Source: Tetramitus jugosus
Lineage: Eukaryota > Protista > Heterolobosea
Direction: 5' to 3'
DNA length: 64,000 bases
NCBI GenBank assembly: GCA_937625935.1
Contig: OW569374.1
Span: 1 to 64,000, forward strand
The notes beneath the pieces were generated by a model that did no database searches, had not been told where the DNA came from, and was given only the letters and a program-made list of their open reading frames with translations. The position numbers and the translations under genes were made by a program. Positions 11,901-21,089 of this stretch are shown here, in pieces. How positions within the stretch are numbered: position 1 is the stretch's first letter; each line of letters begins with the position of its first letter.

Positions 11901-12655
11901 CCATCACTCGTTAAAGCAACTGAATGATAAGTACTTGCAGCGACTTGAATGACCATCTTTCCTCTAAATGCACTCATATTCACAGCAACCGGCACGGGCG
12001 AGTCCTGTGTGTTCTCCACTCCAAGCTGTCCCGAAAAATTATCTCCCCATGCAAAGATTCTGCCATCGTTCGTCAGTGCGAGTGAATGAGAATCACCGGC
12101 TGAAACCTGAGTAATCACAGTACCATTCAATGCACCCTCCATAAAAACAGATACAGGACGGTTTTGATTCACCCACGTTTGATCACCCAACTGACCAGCT
12201 TGATTCAAACCCCAGGAATACAACTTCCCGTCTCTCCTCAAAATTAAATTGTGATTATGACCACAACTTATTTGAGAAACTGGATTGTGTGTGGGGAGGA
12301 ATGCATCGATTTCAGAAGGCAAAGATCGACTCATGAATGTTTCATCACCCAGTTGACCATGATCGTTATTTCCCCATGCATAGATCAGAGTTTCATCTTC
12401 CTGTGGACCAACTGCAACAGAGTGAGATTTTCCGGCAGAGATCAATGTGATATTGACCTTGTGAAAAAATGAACTGACCCAATCGGTAGGCATTGCTTCA
12501 GGAGGGGTGATTCCAGATGTCGCAACCGGTTTATCCCACGAGTAAACAACAGAGGATGCAATCCTTTTTCGTTCAACTGCTGCACGTACATGATTGACGA
12601 CATGCAACAAGAAAATTATGAACAAGAGAGACAGAAACAAACACGTTTGATTCAT
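8960..12655 (-). CDS. Receptor-type TKL Ser/Thr kinase: signal peptide, RCC1 repeats, EGF-like repeats, TM helix, kinase
   Basis: Hydrophobic N-terminus; many YSWGxNxxGQLGDG repeats; Cys-rich CSGNGECV/CSSHGIC; TM followed by RRRRR; EGAFGVV, VAVKK, HRDLKPQN, DFG, APE. Confidence 0.92.
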   Translation of the reverse strand: MNQTCLFLSLLFIIFLLHVVNHVRAAVERKRIASSVVYSWDKPVATSGITPPEAMPTDWVSSFFHKVNITLISAGKSHSVAVGPQEDETLIYAWGNNDHGQLGDETFMSRSLPSEIDAFLPTHNPVSQISCGHNHNLILRRDGKLYSWGLNQAGQLGDQTWVNQNRPVSVFMEGALNGTVITQVSAGDSHSLALTNDGRIFAWGDNFSGQLGVENTQDSPVPVAVNMSAFRGKMVIQVAASTYHSVALTSDGTVYYWGDESVVGGNGQKKGSLIPVAVDMSRLQGNIVTQIAVGYSHTVLLTNNSKIYSWGSNRFGQLGNGSYQDEMAPVAVKMSGELSEKTVVQIAAGGYHTLALTSDGLLYGWGNAQEGQLGRHTSRDHCYPTLLNINIELNDSITQIVAGETHTMILTSKGKSYSMGKNEDGQLGDGTKVNRHQPIAIGMNGALNGKTITSIVARPISEQYFALTKDGNMYSWGSNSAGQVGDGTRNSKNFPVMVDKSGILNDKIISQVTLGCLAFFVLARSEDGMLYSWGSNIYGQIGDGSYQERHQPVAVFMDGVLSGKTITTASAGRFHVVALANDTMMYAWGLNVGGRLGDGLAINRKEPVSVVMKGDLKRKRVVQIAAGDVHTVALTSDGTLFSWGFNRCGMLGNDTLRFVSVPDAVSMGGTLKDKNITFITAGEFHTTILTRDGHIYSWGLTDFGAPFSVDDVPVRVSMNGLLNEETVSQFIVNDFDMLALTNGGKLGYWNMQSNYSTWVNMNNVDSEQTLTSFFIGRNTMGFLGVLCEQGYFGKECDLFNCFDIEREDERVCSGNGECVDFNKCECNEGFTGLNCSYPICHGYSSVDTKVCSSHGICRNPNKCFCAYGYHGDTCGSSLKLLWILVIFGVLLGVSLVVSIIVIGVLIRRRRRDARMKSELRACLLEEMSDYEVTSFERGDFFIDMRDIKLISRISEGAFGVVFKGEWKSNAVAVKKMKVSDDESFVKEVSILQSLRHPNILYLYGYSSNDNGDKFLITEFAVNGSLDTVLHSSNGKLKPFDQKMNILCQIADTMAYLHGRSPRIVHRDLKPQNILLGENYHVRICDFGLSKSTDTSFTMGKSYGTIEYCAPELLTHREHDETCDTYSFGIIMHEIFILDAPYCQISYSSVFTLGLDIVRGLRPPIPSNDSQALLNFFSKSNTTNIPSSDIPSIVQDFYSIATRCWSADKTKRPSFEEITTELDKIKRRSENF

Positions 12656-12992
12656 CTTTTGGTGAGCCAGTCCTGCCGCGACACTTCCATTTCACATTGC
12701 CCTTCATGGGAAAAACTGCTGAACCAATTAAATTGCGCGCCCCCAGCGTTCCAATTCAGAATTAGACCAAACGATTACAAAGCTGTTTGTTAGTCAACGG
12801 GGTAAAACGGAAGTTGTAGATACGAGTGAAACGAGAAGAGAAACAAATTGAATTTCTTACAATACTTCTTTGGACTTGGGTTCATTGCATTACGGCAGTT
12901 GGCTGGGACGATCGGTGAACGGGTGGCCTCTCAAGAATACAGTAAAATCATATTTTGATAATGAAAGAATTTTCTATGGTGGTTCAAATTCA

Positions 12993-15900
12993 TCATTCTT
13001 CATCTTCAAACGTAAATATTCTGAGTGGTACTTCTGGGGCGAGTGATCTTTTGTTCATGGGAACGACGTCAGCCCAGAAATCGTTGCTAAACTCTTTCTG
13101 GGACAGCTTGGTCATAAAATAGCGTTGGTTAAGCTCTTCCACAGATGCCACGCGATACTGCGAGAAACCGGGAGGTACATCTCTTTGCTTGCTACTTATC
13201 AACAAGACATCCCCATCTTTGATCTGATATCTCCTAACAATATTGTCATCTGCCGCCGATTTAGACTTTTTGTGAGAGACTGCTGTTGGATCAGCGAGTG
13301 AATCATTATTTGATTGGAGAGCGACATCACCCACACTCCACAAACAATTGTCCTTGAAGCAGAATTTAAACAGAGAAAGCTCATCAGAGTTCATCAGTGA
13401 AGAACATTCAGCGAATCCCTCTAGCGAATTATACTCAGGATGATTTCTGATCTGTGATTGAATCTGGGTCCAAAAGTCATTCAGAGAATGAACAAGAGAA
13501 AGTTCAATCAGTATTTCAATACTCTCAGAAAGTTCGCCAATTCGAATCACGACTATAAGTAATGTAGGTGGTGAAGCACGATTCTTTTTCTTCTTTTTTG
13601 ATCTCTTAGATTGTTGGGCACTATCATGATCCACTGTGTTAAATGAATGTAACCAGTCATTCATATCCTTACGGACGATTTGAACTGCAATCCGCTTGTT
13701 GTTGTCCCATCGAACTTTCTCGATTGTTTGGTTCAAAAAAATTGAGTGCTCCAGCAACTTGCCAACTCTTGGAGAACTGCCCAATGTGGTTGTGATTTCT
13801 CGAAGCCAAATAAACTTTTTGTCATTGTCGATATTCATATACTGGGCAAGTTTTTGTTTTAGCACTCTCAGCGTCCATAACTTGGAAACCTCAATCTCCA
13901 TAATTTTGTACAAGTTGTGTCCATCATCATCATGAAATGAATCTCGCATTCTTATATGTTTAGGTGGCCAATCAATTGTTTCATAAACTTTGATGGATAT
14001 TGATTCTCTCGGCGGAGGCATATCAAGTTCAATTAACAGAGTATATTCATCAGTCTCATCATTTTTGAATATCGATTTCAATTGTTTAGATTCATCGTAG
14101 ATCAAATCGCCCACAGACATGCCATGATAACCTTTTTCACATTTCCTGAATCGAAAATTATGAGTATCAATATATTTGTCTGGCTCATTTGTTGTACGAA
14201 CTATCTCATCTTTCACTTGTGATAATTCAGTCATCAGACTAACCATCATGTCAAATTCATTCTTCTTTGAGTATTGATGATTTCTCTTGTAGTCAGTGGG
14301 CATTGTTGGTACAATCTCAATGAAATGTACACAAACTTTCTGTTCTTTCAGTTGTTGAATCTGTGAGGAGCTAGCTAGAATTATTAACTCTAAATATTCA
14401 TTATTTCTGATATGTAGCTGCTCAAAAGTCGAATCGTTTTGTTTACTATCTAGTAGTAATCGCTCTTCATCTTCGTCCGAATCATAAAAATCTGAGTCGC
14501 TATCCTGCCTCTTGAACACCATTTGTTGATTAATCAGCTCTTCTGTATCATAATCTTCAAGGTTGACGTTCAATTTTGTCAGTCGATCGTTGAGCAAAAC
14601 TTTTAACTCCTTTAGTGTTGAATTCAATGATACTACTATACTAATATTATTACTAAATAAAGGAGAAACAACATTGAGAATAATTTTTGGTTGATCATTC
14701 TGTTCTTCGTACATTTGTTCACAAACACTAGCACAATCAATAGCCAAACAAAAATCACTATTTCTATCCTCCAATCCAAGCAAAGCTGTAATAATTGGTT
14801 CTTGTGAATCACTAATAAACTTTGGTGGTTGAAGCAATTTATCCGTTTTGGTATTTGTTGATAAATGCAAGTGATAAAGTGTACACTCACTGTTCTCGAT
14901 TTCAATCTCTTCCTCAACAACCGATTTCAATGTCAAACAATCAACCATAGGATTGACTAAAATTGTTCTTACTTCAAGGAAATTGCATGAATCATATATT
15001 CGTACATCCAGCGGTGACGTGTACCAGTGTTTGTAAACGTTTCTATGGTTCTTTGGCAAAACAAGAAGATGTATATTGTCCTTAAAGAACACATAATTCG
15101 CCAAAGATAACTCTGATTCCAAATCGATTCTATGTACAAGTTTGTAACGTCTGTGTTGAATGTCAGAGTTCAATATATACACACCGAGTTCAGAGTCAAC
15201 CGTTAGGCTATTGTTGATTATTTGCATGACTGTACGGACCTCTGTATCCTTATCAAAAGCAAAACTCTCCATACCATTTCGATCCATATCAAACAATACT
15301 TTTTCCAACTGCAAGTTTCGTACCACAAGAAAGTCGTTCGGTAAATGAACATGGATAGCAAATGTTCTTTCGAGTTGTTCCTTTCGTTCTTGTTCTCGTT
15401 TCTTCTCTACAAGTTTCTTTTCTACCTCCAATGTTAACTTTTGATTCAATCTTTCAACTCTGCTTAAGAGAGCTTCAGGTATTTGTGACGAATTCACTTC
15501 CTTGGTCTCTAGATCTCTTCTCCTATAAACTAACATGTATGCTGATTCTCGACTGCCACCATAGTATTTCTTGATATCTTCTGTCGTTATGGCAATGACT
15601 CTTTCATCATTGAAATCAAACCACTTTGATTCTCCAGTTTCCTTATCATTTGGTTTCTTGTCATGTTCACCAAGAGTGTCTCTCAGCAAGCAGTGATAAT
15701 GACCTGCATAAGGAGATCCTGCATGAATAATAACACCGAAAACATCATATTCTGCAGTCGAAACTGATGTTGGATCTTCCAAGTATTGTTCTAACGAAAG
15801 GTTCGTTAGAGGAAATTTCATCGCAGTATCTATCTTATGTCGAGTTCCATTCTTCCAATCATAGTCAAATCTAATGAGACTAAATTGTAAAATTGCAGGA

Positions 15901-17027
15901 GCTTTTCGGATGGACACCCACTTGTGTGCATCAACTTTCTTATTGCACTTTTCACATTCATATTGATCTGATCCCTGTAAATGCTCAATCTTACAGTATT
16001 CGCTTAGAGATCGCTCAAGGCTATCAGTTACACATAGGGTTACATCATAAAAATCCTCCTCTCGCTCAGAAATGTTGTTGCATGTCAGACACTGAATCTT
16101 TGATACAAATTTACCTCCATACATCTCCTTTATGATATCGAGTTTGTGTCTTTTCTTCTCAAATGCTTCAAACAATAAACGATTCAGCTCTTGTACGTCA
16201 TGTTGCTGTGAGACATGTTGACTCTCCCAACCAAAGCTATCTGTCAGTGCTTGCGTGCTGATGCTGGAATACTCTCCCACTTGCATATGAGCAAACAAGT
16301 TCTGTAGTACGCTGGGGATCGACTTTGTTTTCTTGGTTGTGCAAGATGTACTTGCTTGATCTTCATCAACAGGTACGCTCTCAGTGACAATATTATTTAC
16401 ACTAGTCTGCTGATTTGCAACAGCTTCATCATACAATACTACATCACGAACAGAGGTTGAACCATTTCCCACTGCACCATCACTGTTTGGCACTGATGCC
16501 CATGCTTCTTCTTCATCACTAGAAGAAAACAGAGCATTTAGAATTCTCTCTTGCGTGTATTCTGTTACGTAACCTGTGTTGTGGTTGGGTAGAAACTTGT
16601 CAAAGCACTTCAACACTACACTCTCCGAAAATCCCATGTCCAAACACTGTCCATAAAAATCCAAGTGAAAATAGGGATTGGATTGAGTTGTTGTTTGTGA
16701 GAACAAACTCCCAATATTCATGTGATTCTCACTACCTCCCTTCACTTCTTCTTGTTCATTCTCCTCGACATCTTCATAGGGCAATTGATAGACTGCAGAT
16801 CTTACCTCGGGAGTCATGTACAGAGCTTGAATCAAACTGTTGAGATAACAGGTGTTGCCTTGATTTTTCAATCCGACGAATCCATGATTACTGCGATGTT
16901 TGCTCTCCACACTATCACTGCTACTGGAAGGATAAGAAGAAGAGTAACCAACCGATGATGATAACAATTGGTCGACATGCTCATCAATGTCACCATCATC
17001 ACCAAAATTAAAAATATTTCCAAACAT
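12993..17027 (-). CDS. Ubiquitin-specific protease (USP40/USP47-like, peptidase C19) with long C-terminal region
   Basis: Cys box GLKNQGNTCYLNS, QQHDVQE, His box HAGSPYAGHY, WFDFNDERV, SAYMLVY. Confidence 0.92.
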   Translation of the reverse strand: MFGNIFNFGDDGDIDEHVDQLLSSSVGYSSSYPSSSSDSVESKHRSNHGFVGLKNQGNTCYLNSLIQALYMTPEVRSAVYQLPYEDVEENEQEEVKGGSENHMNIGSLFSQTTTQSNPYFHLDFYGQCLDMGFSESVVLKCFDKFLPNHNTGYVTEYTQERILNALFSSSDEEEAWASVPNSDGAVGNGSTSVRDVVLYDEAVANQQTSVNNIVTESVPVDEDQASTSCTTKKTKSIPSVLQNLFAHMQVGEYSSISTQALTDSFGWESQHVSQQHDVQELNRLLFEAFEKKRHKLDIIKEMYGGKFVSKIQCLTCNNISEREEDFYDVTLCVTDSLERSLSEYCKIEHLQGSDQYECEKCNKKVDAHKWVSIRKAPAILQFSLIRFDYDWKNGTRHKIDTAMKFPLTNLSLEQYLEDPTSVSTAEYDVFGVIIHAGSPYAGHYHCLLRDTLGEHDKKPNDKETGESKWFDFNDERVIAITTEDIKKYYGGSRESAYMLVYRRRDLETKEVNSSQIPEALLSRVERLNQKLTLEVEKKLVEKKREQERKEQLERTFAIHVHLPNDFLVVRNLQLEKVLFDMDRNGMESFAFDKDTEVRTVMQIINNSLTVDSELGVYILNSDIQHRRYKLVHRIDLESELSLANYVFFKDNIHLLVLPKNHRNVYKHWYTSPLDVRIYDSCNFLEVRTILVNPMVDCLTLKSVVEEEIEIENSECTLYHLHLSTNTKTDKLLQPPKFISDSQEPIITALLGLEDRNSDFCLAIDCASVCEQMYEEQNDQPKIILNVVSPLFSNNISIVVSLNSTLKELKVLLNDRLTKLNVNLEDYDTEELINQQMVFKRQDSDSDFYDSDEDEERLLLDSKQNDSTFEQLHIRNNEYLELIILASSSQIQQLKEQKVCVHFIEIVPTMPTDYKRNHQYSKKNEFDMMVSLMTELSQVKDEIVRTTNEPDKYIDTHNFRFRKCEKGYHGMSVGDLIYDESKQLKSIFKNDETDEYTLLIELDMPPPRESISIKVYETIDWPPKHIRMRDSFHDDDGHNLYKIMEIEVSKLWTLRVLKQKLAQYMNIDNDKKFIWLREITTTLGSSPRVGKLLEHSIFLNQTIEKVRWDNNKRIAVQIVRKDMNDWLHSFNTVDHDSAQQSKRSKKKKKNRASPPTLLIVVIRIGELSESIEILIELSLVHSLNDFWTQIQSQIRNHPEYNSLEGFAECSSLMNSDELSLFKFCFKDNCLWSVGDVALQSNNDSLADPTAVSHKKSKSAADDNIVRRYQIKDGDVLLISSKQRDVPPGFSQYRVASVEELNQRYFMTKLSQKEFSNDFWADVVPMNKRSLAPEVPLRIFTFEDEE

Positions 17028-17235
17028 GATTTCGAAACCGCTTGTTATCGTTGTTGTTGTTCGTTGTTCGTTGTTTTTGGTTCTTCACGTGAAACTGTAA
17101 TCTTCTCTCTCGATTTGCTTTTTTTTTCAATCATGATGATCCATCACCAGATTGAGTTCCAAAAACAGTTCTGTTCAGAGAACATGATCGGACTTGAACG
17201 GAACACAGAAAAAACAACAAACACATAAAAAAAAC

Positions 17236-17996
17236 ATGCAAGCCAAGCAGAAAGCTGTCCATGTGCGTGAAGAGCTGGTTCACTCCGAGAAGTGGCTAAA
17301 GATGACAAAGTTGTACTACAAGGACGAGTTGGGCGTCGAGAGAGTGAGTATATCGTCTCAATTGATTTTGTTTTTGCTTCTATTCGATTGACACATGTGT
17401 GACTCATTCATGCAGCAATGGGATTGTTGTGAGAGAACAACTAGAACAAGTGATTGTGATGGAGTTGAAATCTTGGCTAGAGTCAAGCATGAAAACAAGG
17501 AGGATGACATTGTGCTTTGCATTCAATATCGACCTCCAATGAGAGCTTACTGTGTAGAGTAAGTAAGACGTTGGTTGGCAGCTTTCATCTATTTTGTTTG
17601 TTGGTACTCATGTATTGAACCAAAGCACTAATAACAACCTTTGAAAGAATGCCTGCAGGATTGATTGATAAGGACGAAACAGCAGAAGAAGCTGCGATTA
17701 GAGAATTGAGAGAAGAGTGTGGATACCACGGAACTGTTGTCAGTTGTTCACCGTCACTCGGCATGGAAGTGGGTCTCTCCAATGCTAACGGTAAGCTTGT
17801 TACAGTAGAGGTCGACTCTGCCCAGAACGACAACCCAAAGCAAAATTTGGATGACGGAGAACAGATCCAAGTCATACTAGTACCAGTTTCACAACTCGTG
17901 AGCACATTACTTGACTATTCAAAGAAAGAGGGATTCGTTATCGATGCTAAATTGTGGCTCTTTGCCCAAGGCCTTGCATTCTCTCATGCCAAATAA
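17236..17996 (+). CDS. NUDT5: ADP-ribose pyrophosphatase, NUDT5-like Nudix hydrolase (3 exons)
   Basis: Exons 17236-17343, 17416-17558 and 17648-17996 joined by GT-AG introns. IQYRPPM, EMPAGLID, and Nudix box ETAEEAAIRELREECGY. Confidence 0.88.
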
Positions 17997-18002
17997 CTTT
18001 CA

Positions 18003-18097
18003 TCCCGCCAAAAAAACTTTGGCGCCAGGTAAATACGGTAAAAATGTTTTGGCGCCAGATCACGCCATTTTGAAGATACAAACCACCACCACGCCAA
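18003..18097. promoter_or_regulatory. Cluster of E2F-like sites upstream of HAT1
   Basis: TCCCGCCAAA (18003, reverse strand), TTTGGCGCCA twice (18018, 18048), and CACGCCAAAA, all within a 123-bp intergenic gap. Confidence 0.5.
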
Positions 18098-18119
18098 AAA
18101 AAAAATAAAATCAACAACA

Positions 18120-19463
18120 ATGGTCACACCAACAACAACACCACCAAAGAGCTCTTCCACCATGGACGAAGATCCAATCTCACCAACTTCCAAGCAATCA
18201 ACATCCTCATCGTCATTCGATCCTTCCATTCGCAACGAAATCAAACAAGGAAACATTAGAAATTTGCTCACTGAACAAGAAGCACTGACCAACAGTGCTG
18301 ACGATGCAAAAATTTCAAATCTGAGAGACAAGAGCTATGTAATTGACTCGAATGAGGCCATTCACTTGAAATTGATCAAATCAGAACAGGATTTGAAGGA
18401 TGAAGACACCACGTTCTATCCCAATTACACGTATCAACTGTTTGGTGAAGATGAACAAATTATTGGTTACAAGAATTTGAAGGTCGAGCTGTACTATGTG
18501 GCAAGCACATTGTACACATTTTTGAGAATGAGTTTTGATCAAAAATTGGGTTCACCTGACTGTGATCCAATTGCTGTTTTGACAAAGAAGAAGATTGAGT
18601 GGGATGATAAGAGTGCACTTCCAATACCTGAGAAGAGCTATACCGTACATTTGGAAGAGTTTGTGAGTCACATCAATGATCCATTCACACCACCTGGTGA
18701 ACAAGTCACTGGTTATATGCACAACTCTGCTTCATTTGAAGTGTACAAGGGTACTTTCTCAAATGCACAAGTGGCAAAGTATCATGAGCGATTACAAACA
18801 TTCTGTCTCTTTTTCATTGATGGAGCCAACTATATTGATTCACATGATCCGAAATGGGAAGTGTTCTTTTTGTTTGAAAAGTACAAGAATAGCGAGAATC
18901 AGACAAAGTACAGCATTGTCGGATACACAACAGTGTACCATTTTTATGCCTATCCAGAAAGTACTCGATTGAGAATCTCTCAATTTTTGGTTTTGCCTCC
19001 ATATCAGAAACAGGGTCACGGATCCAAGCTGTTAAATGCTGTCTATACCAGTGCACAATCAAGTAACGTGTTGGAAGTGTGTCTGGAAGATCCATCCGAG
19101 CAATTCCAGTCAATGAGAGACGTGGTTGACTATAAGAACTTCCACGACCGATACAAGAATGAGCTGCCAGAACACTGGAGTGAAGAGTTTGCCGATAGTG
19201 CACGGAAGGAGTTAAAGATTAACAAGGTCCAATTGAGAAAGTGCTATGAGACAGCAATGCTAGAAAAATTAAAGTTTTCAGAGGTCAAGGATGATTCGTT
19301 GCTCACGAACTTTAGATTGGATGTGAAGCGACGCTTGTACAAGTCGTATGATATGGACAAGTTTGCCCTCGATGCAGATGAAAGAAAGAAGCAACTACAA
19401 GAACTCTATACTCAAATTGAGGAACAATATCTTGATGTCATACAAAAGTGTGGTCACCAATAA
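18120..19463 (+). CDS. HAT1: Histone acetyltransferase type B catalytic subunit
   Basis: FYPNYTYQLFGEDEQIIGYKNL, FFIDGANYID, RLRISQFLVLPPYQKQGHGSKL, EDPSEQF. Confidence 0.95.
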   Translation: MVTPTTTPPKSSSTMDEDPISPTSKQSTSSSSFDPSIRNEIKQGNIRNLLTEQEALTNSADDAKISNLRDKSYVIDSNEAIHLKLIKSEQDLKDEDTTFYPNYTYQLFGEDEQIIGYKNLKVELYYVASTLYTFLRMSFDQKLGSPDCDPIAVLTKKKIEWDDKSALPIPEKSYTVHLEEFVSHINDPFTPPGEQVTGYMHNSASFEVYKGTFSNAQVAKYHERLQTFCLFFIDGANYIDSHDPKWEVFFLFEKYKNSENQTKYSIVGYTTVYHFYAYPESTRLRISQFLVLPPYQKQGHGSKLLNAVYTSAQSSNVLEVCLEDPSEQFQSMRDVVDYKNFHDRYKNELPEHWSEEFADSARKELKINKVQLRKCYETAMLEKLKFSEVKDDSLLTNFRLDVKRRLYKSYDMDKFALDADERKKQLQELYTQIEEQYLDVIQKCGHQ

Positions 19464-19542
19464 AACAACAAAAAAGGACACGTATCAACCAACCGCAATA
19501 CACCCAAGACAAAACCCCGCAACATCAAACAAAAAACAAGAC

Positions 19543-20654
19543 ATGACAGACAACAACGCAGACTTGTTGGCAGAATTGGAAAGGGCAATATGGAGCAACC
19601 CTCCAGCAACCAACAATGAACAAAAAAATATCAACTCCCCAACAATTGTCTCCTATGGACTTCAAGCATTACTGGGTGCTTTCGTAGGTGTCTTCCTAGT
19701 CAGTATAACCAGTGTTGCACTGATTGAAATCACATTCTCACCAGTGTTCTCAGTATTGCTCGGTCTATTGTTTGAAGCATTGGCCGTTTGTTTATTTTAT
19801 CGGTGCTTCTCTATTCCAGTATGTGTGTGCATTTTCTCAATCAATATATATATATATATTTTGATATGATCACCTCATTATCATCTCATTGGAGAGAATG
19901 GCAATGTTCACAGAGCTGTGCAGAACTGACACATTCACTATGTTGAACGACAACATAATATTACATGTACACGTGTGCATAGAGAGGAGAGACCAATCTG
20001 TTGACTCGATTATATGTTGCACTCTTTTCGACCATTGTTTTAATCGCAGGTTGCATGTGCATTTTTATTGATGGTTATCTGCCAGAGTATCAACCATTTT
20101 GGAAAACTGTAGTGTATGGTTGGTTGTCCACTGCTTGCCTATTCATTCTAACATTTGGAATCATGGATCTGGCATATGCAGGAATGTTTCAGTTTTGTTC
20201 TGCCTGTTGTTGTTCTGATCCGAGAGTAGATGCTCAACAACAACGTTCACATGCTCATCAGCAAATGGTGAAGCAAAGAACTTCAGTCATGTCCTATCCC
20301 ATGATTGTGCTGATGATTGGTGCAGTAAATGCTGTGTTTGGTGGTTTGTATGGATTGTTGTTTGGCCCGTTGGAACTTATTGGGAATCTGGTAAGTGAAG
20401 ATCGTTCTGAAATGTTCTCATCGCAGTACCTCATGATCCCTGTGGGTGTAGTGTGCGGTTCGCTGTTCGCTGTGGCTTGTCACTACACTCGTCTTCGTAT
20501 CGACAGATTGTCGTTGGATCGAAAGAGACGAACTGTTGCAGACAAGGTCAGTGAAGATTTGGAAGGATTATCTGTAGATATGATGAACAATGTCGTATCG
20601 GTCCTTTCTCAAGGCAACATGCCTCTCTTTTCGCAATCTGATGCAGGTATTTAG
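19543..20654 (+). CDS. Multi-pass membrane protein (2 exons)
   Basis: Exon 19543-19818 and exon 19983-20654 join in frame across a GTATGT...TAG intron. About 6 hydrophobic helices. Confidence 0.7.
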
Positions 20655-21089
20655 TGTATTGACTAATCCGGCCCTCTCCCATATCGGGCAGATATCCTTT
20701 TATATTTTCGCGAATTCTGAGAATTTTCCTTATCGGAAAGTCCGTGACGGGTGTTTTTTCCAAATTCCTGTTGTTCGCCATGTTCGTGACGAGTATATTC
20801 CACAACCCGCAGATTGTTCGGGGTGTGATGTTCACATGTGAATCGCAAGTCAGGACTAAAACAAGGGAGGAGACAAAGTCGAAATTAATTCTTCAACAGT
20901 TTGCTTCTTTGGAACGTAAATACAAACTCTTTTTCCAACAAGCAAAACACATATCCTTTCACCATTTGTAGAGGCCCTACTCTTTCGTGGGACAACAATT
21001 ACGCGATTTGGCAGTGAACGAAATTGAAATACCATCGGTGATTCTTTTTTTCACCTTCCTCCCATTCACTTCTTCTTCTTTCAATTATA

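Noticed and set aside
20660-20860. Relatively GC-rich intergenic stretch as a possible ncRNA
   Set aside because: No recognisable RNA family motif or convincing stem; more simply a promoter for the 21090 gene.
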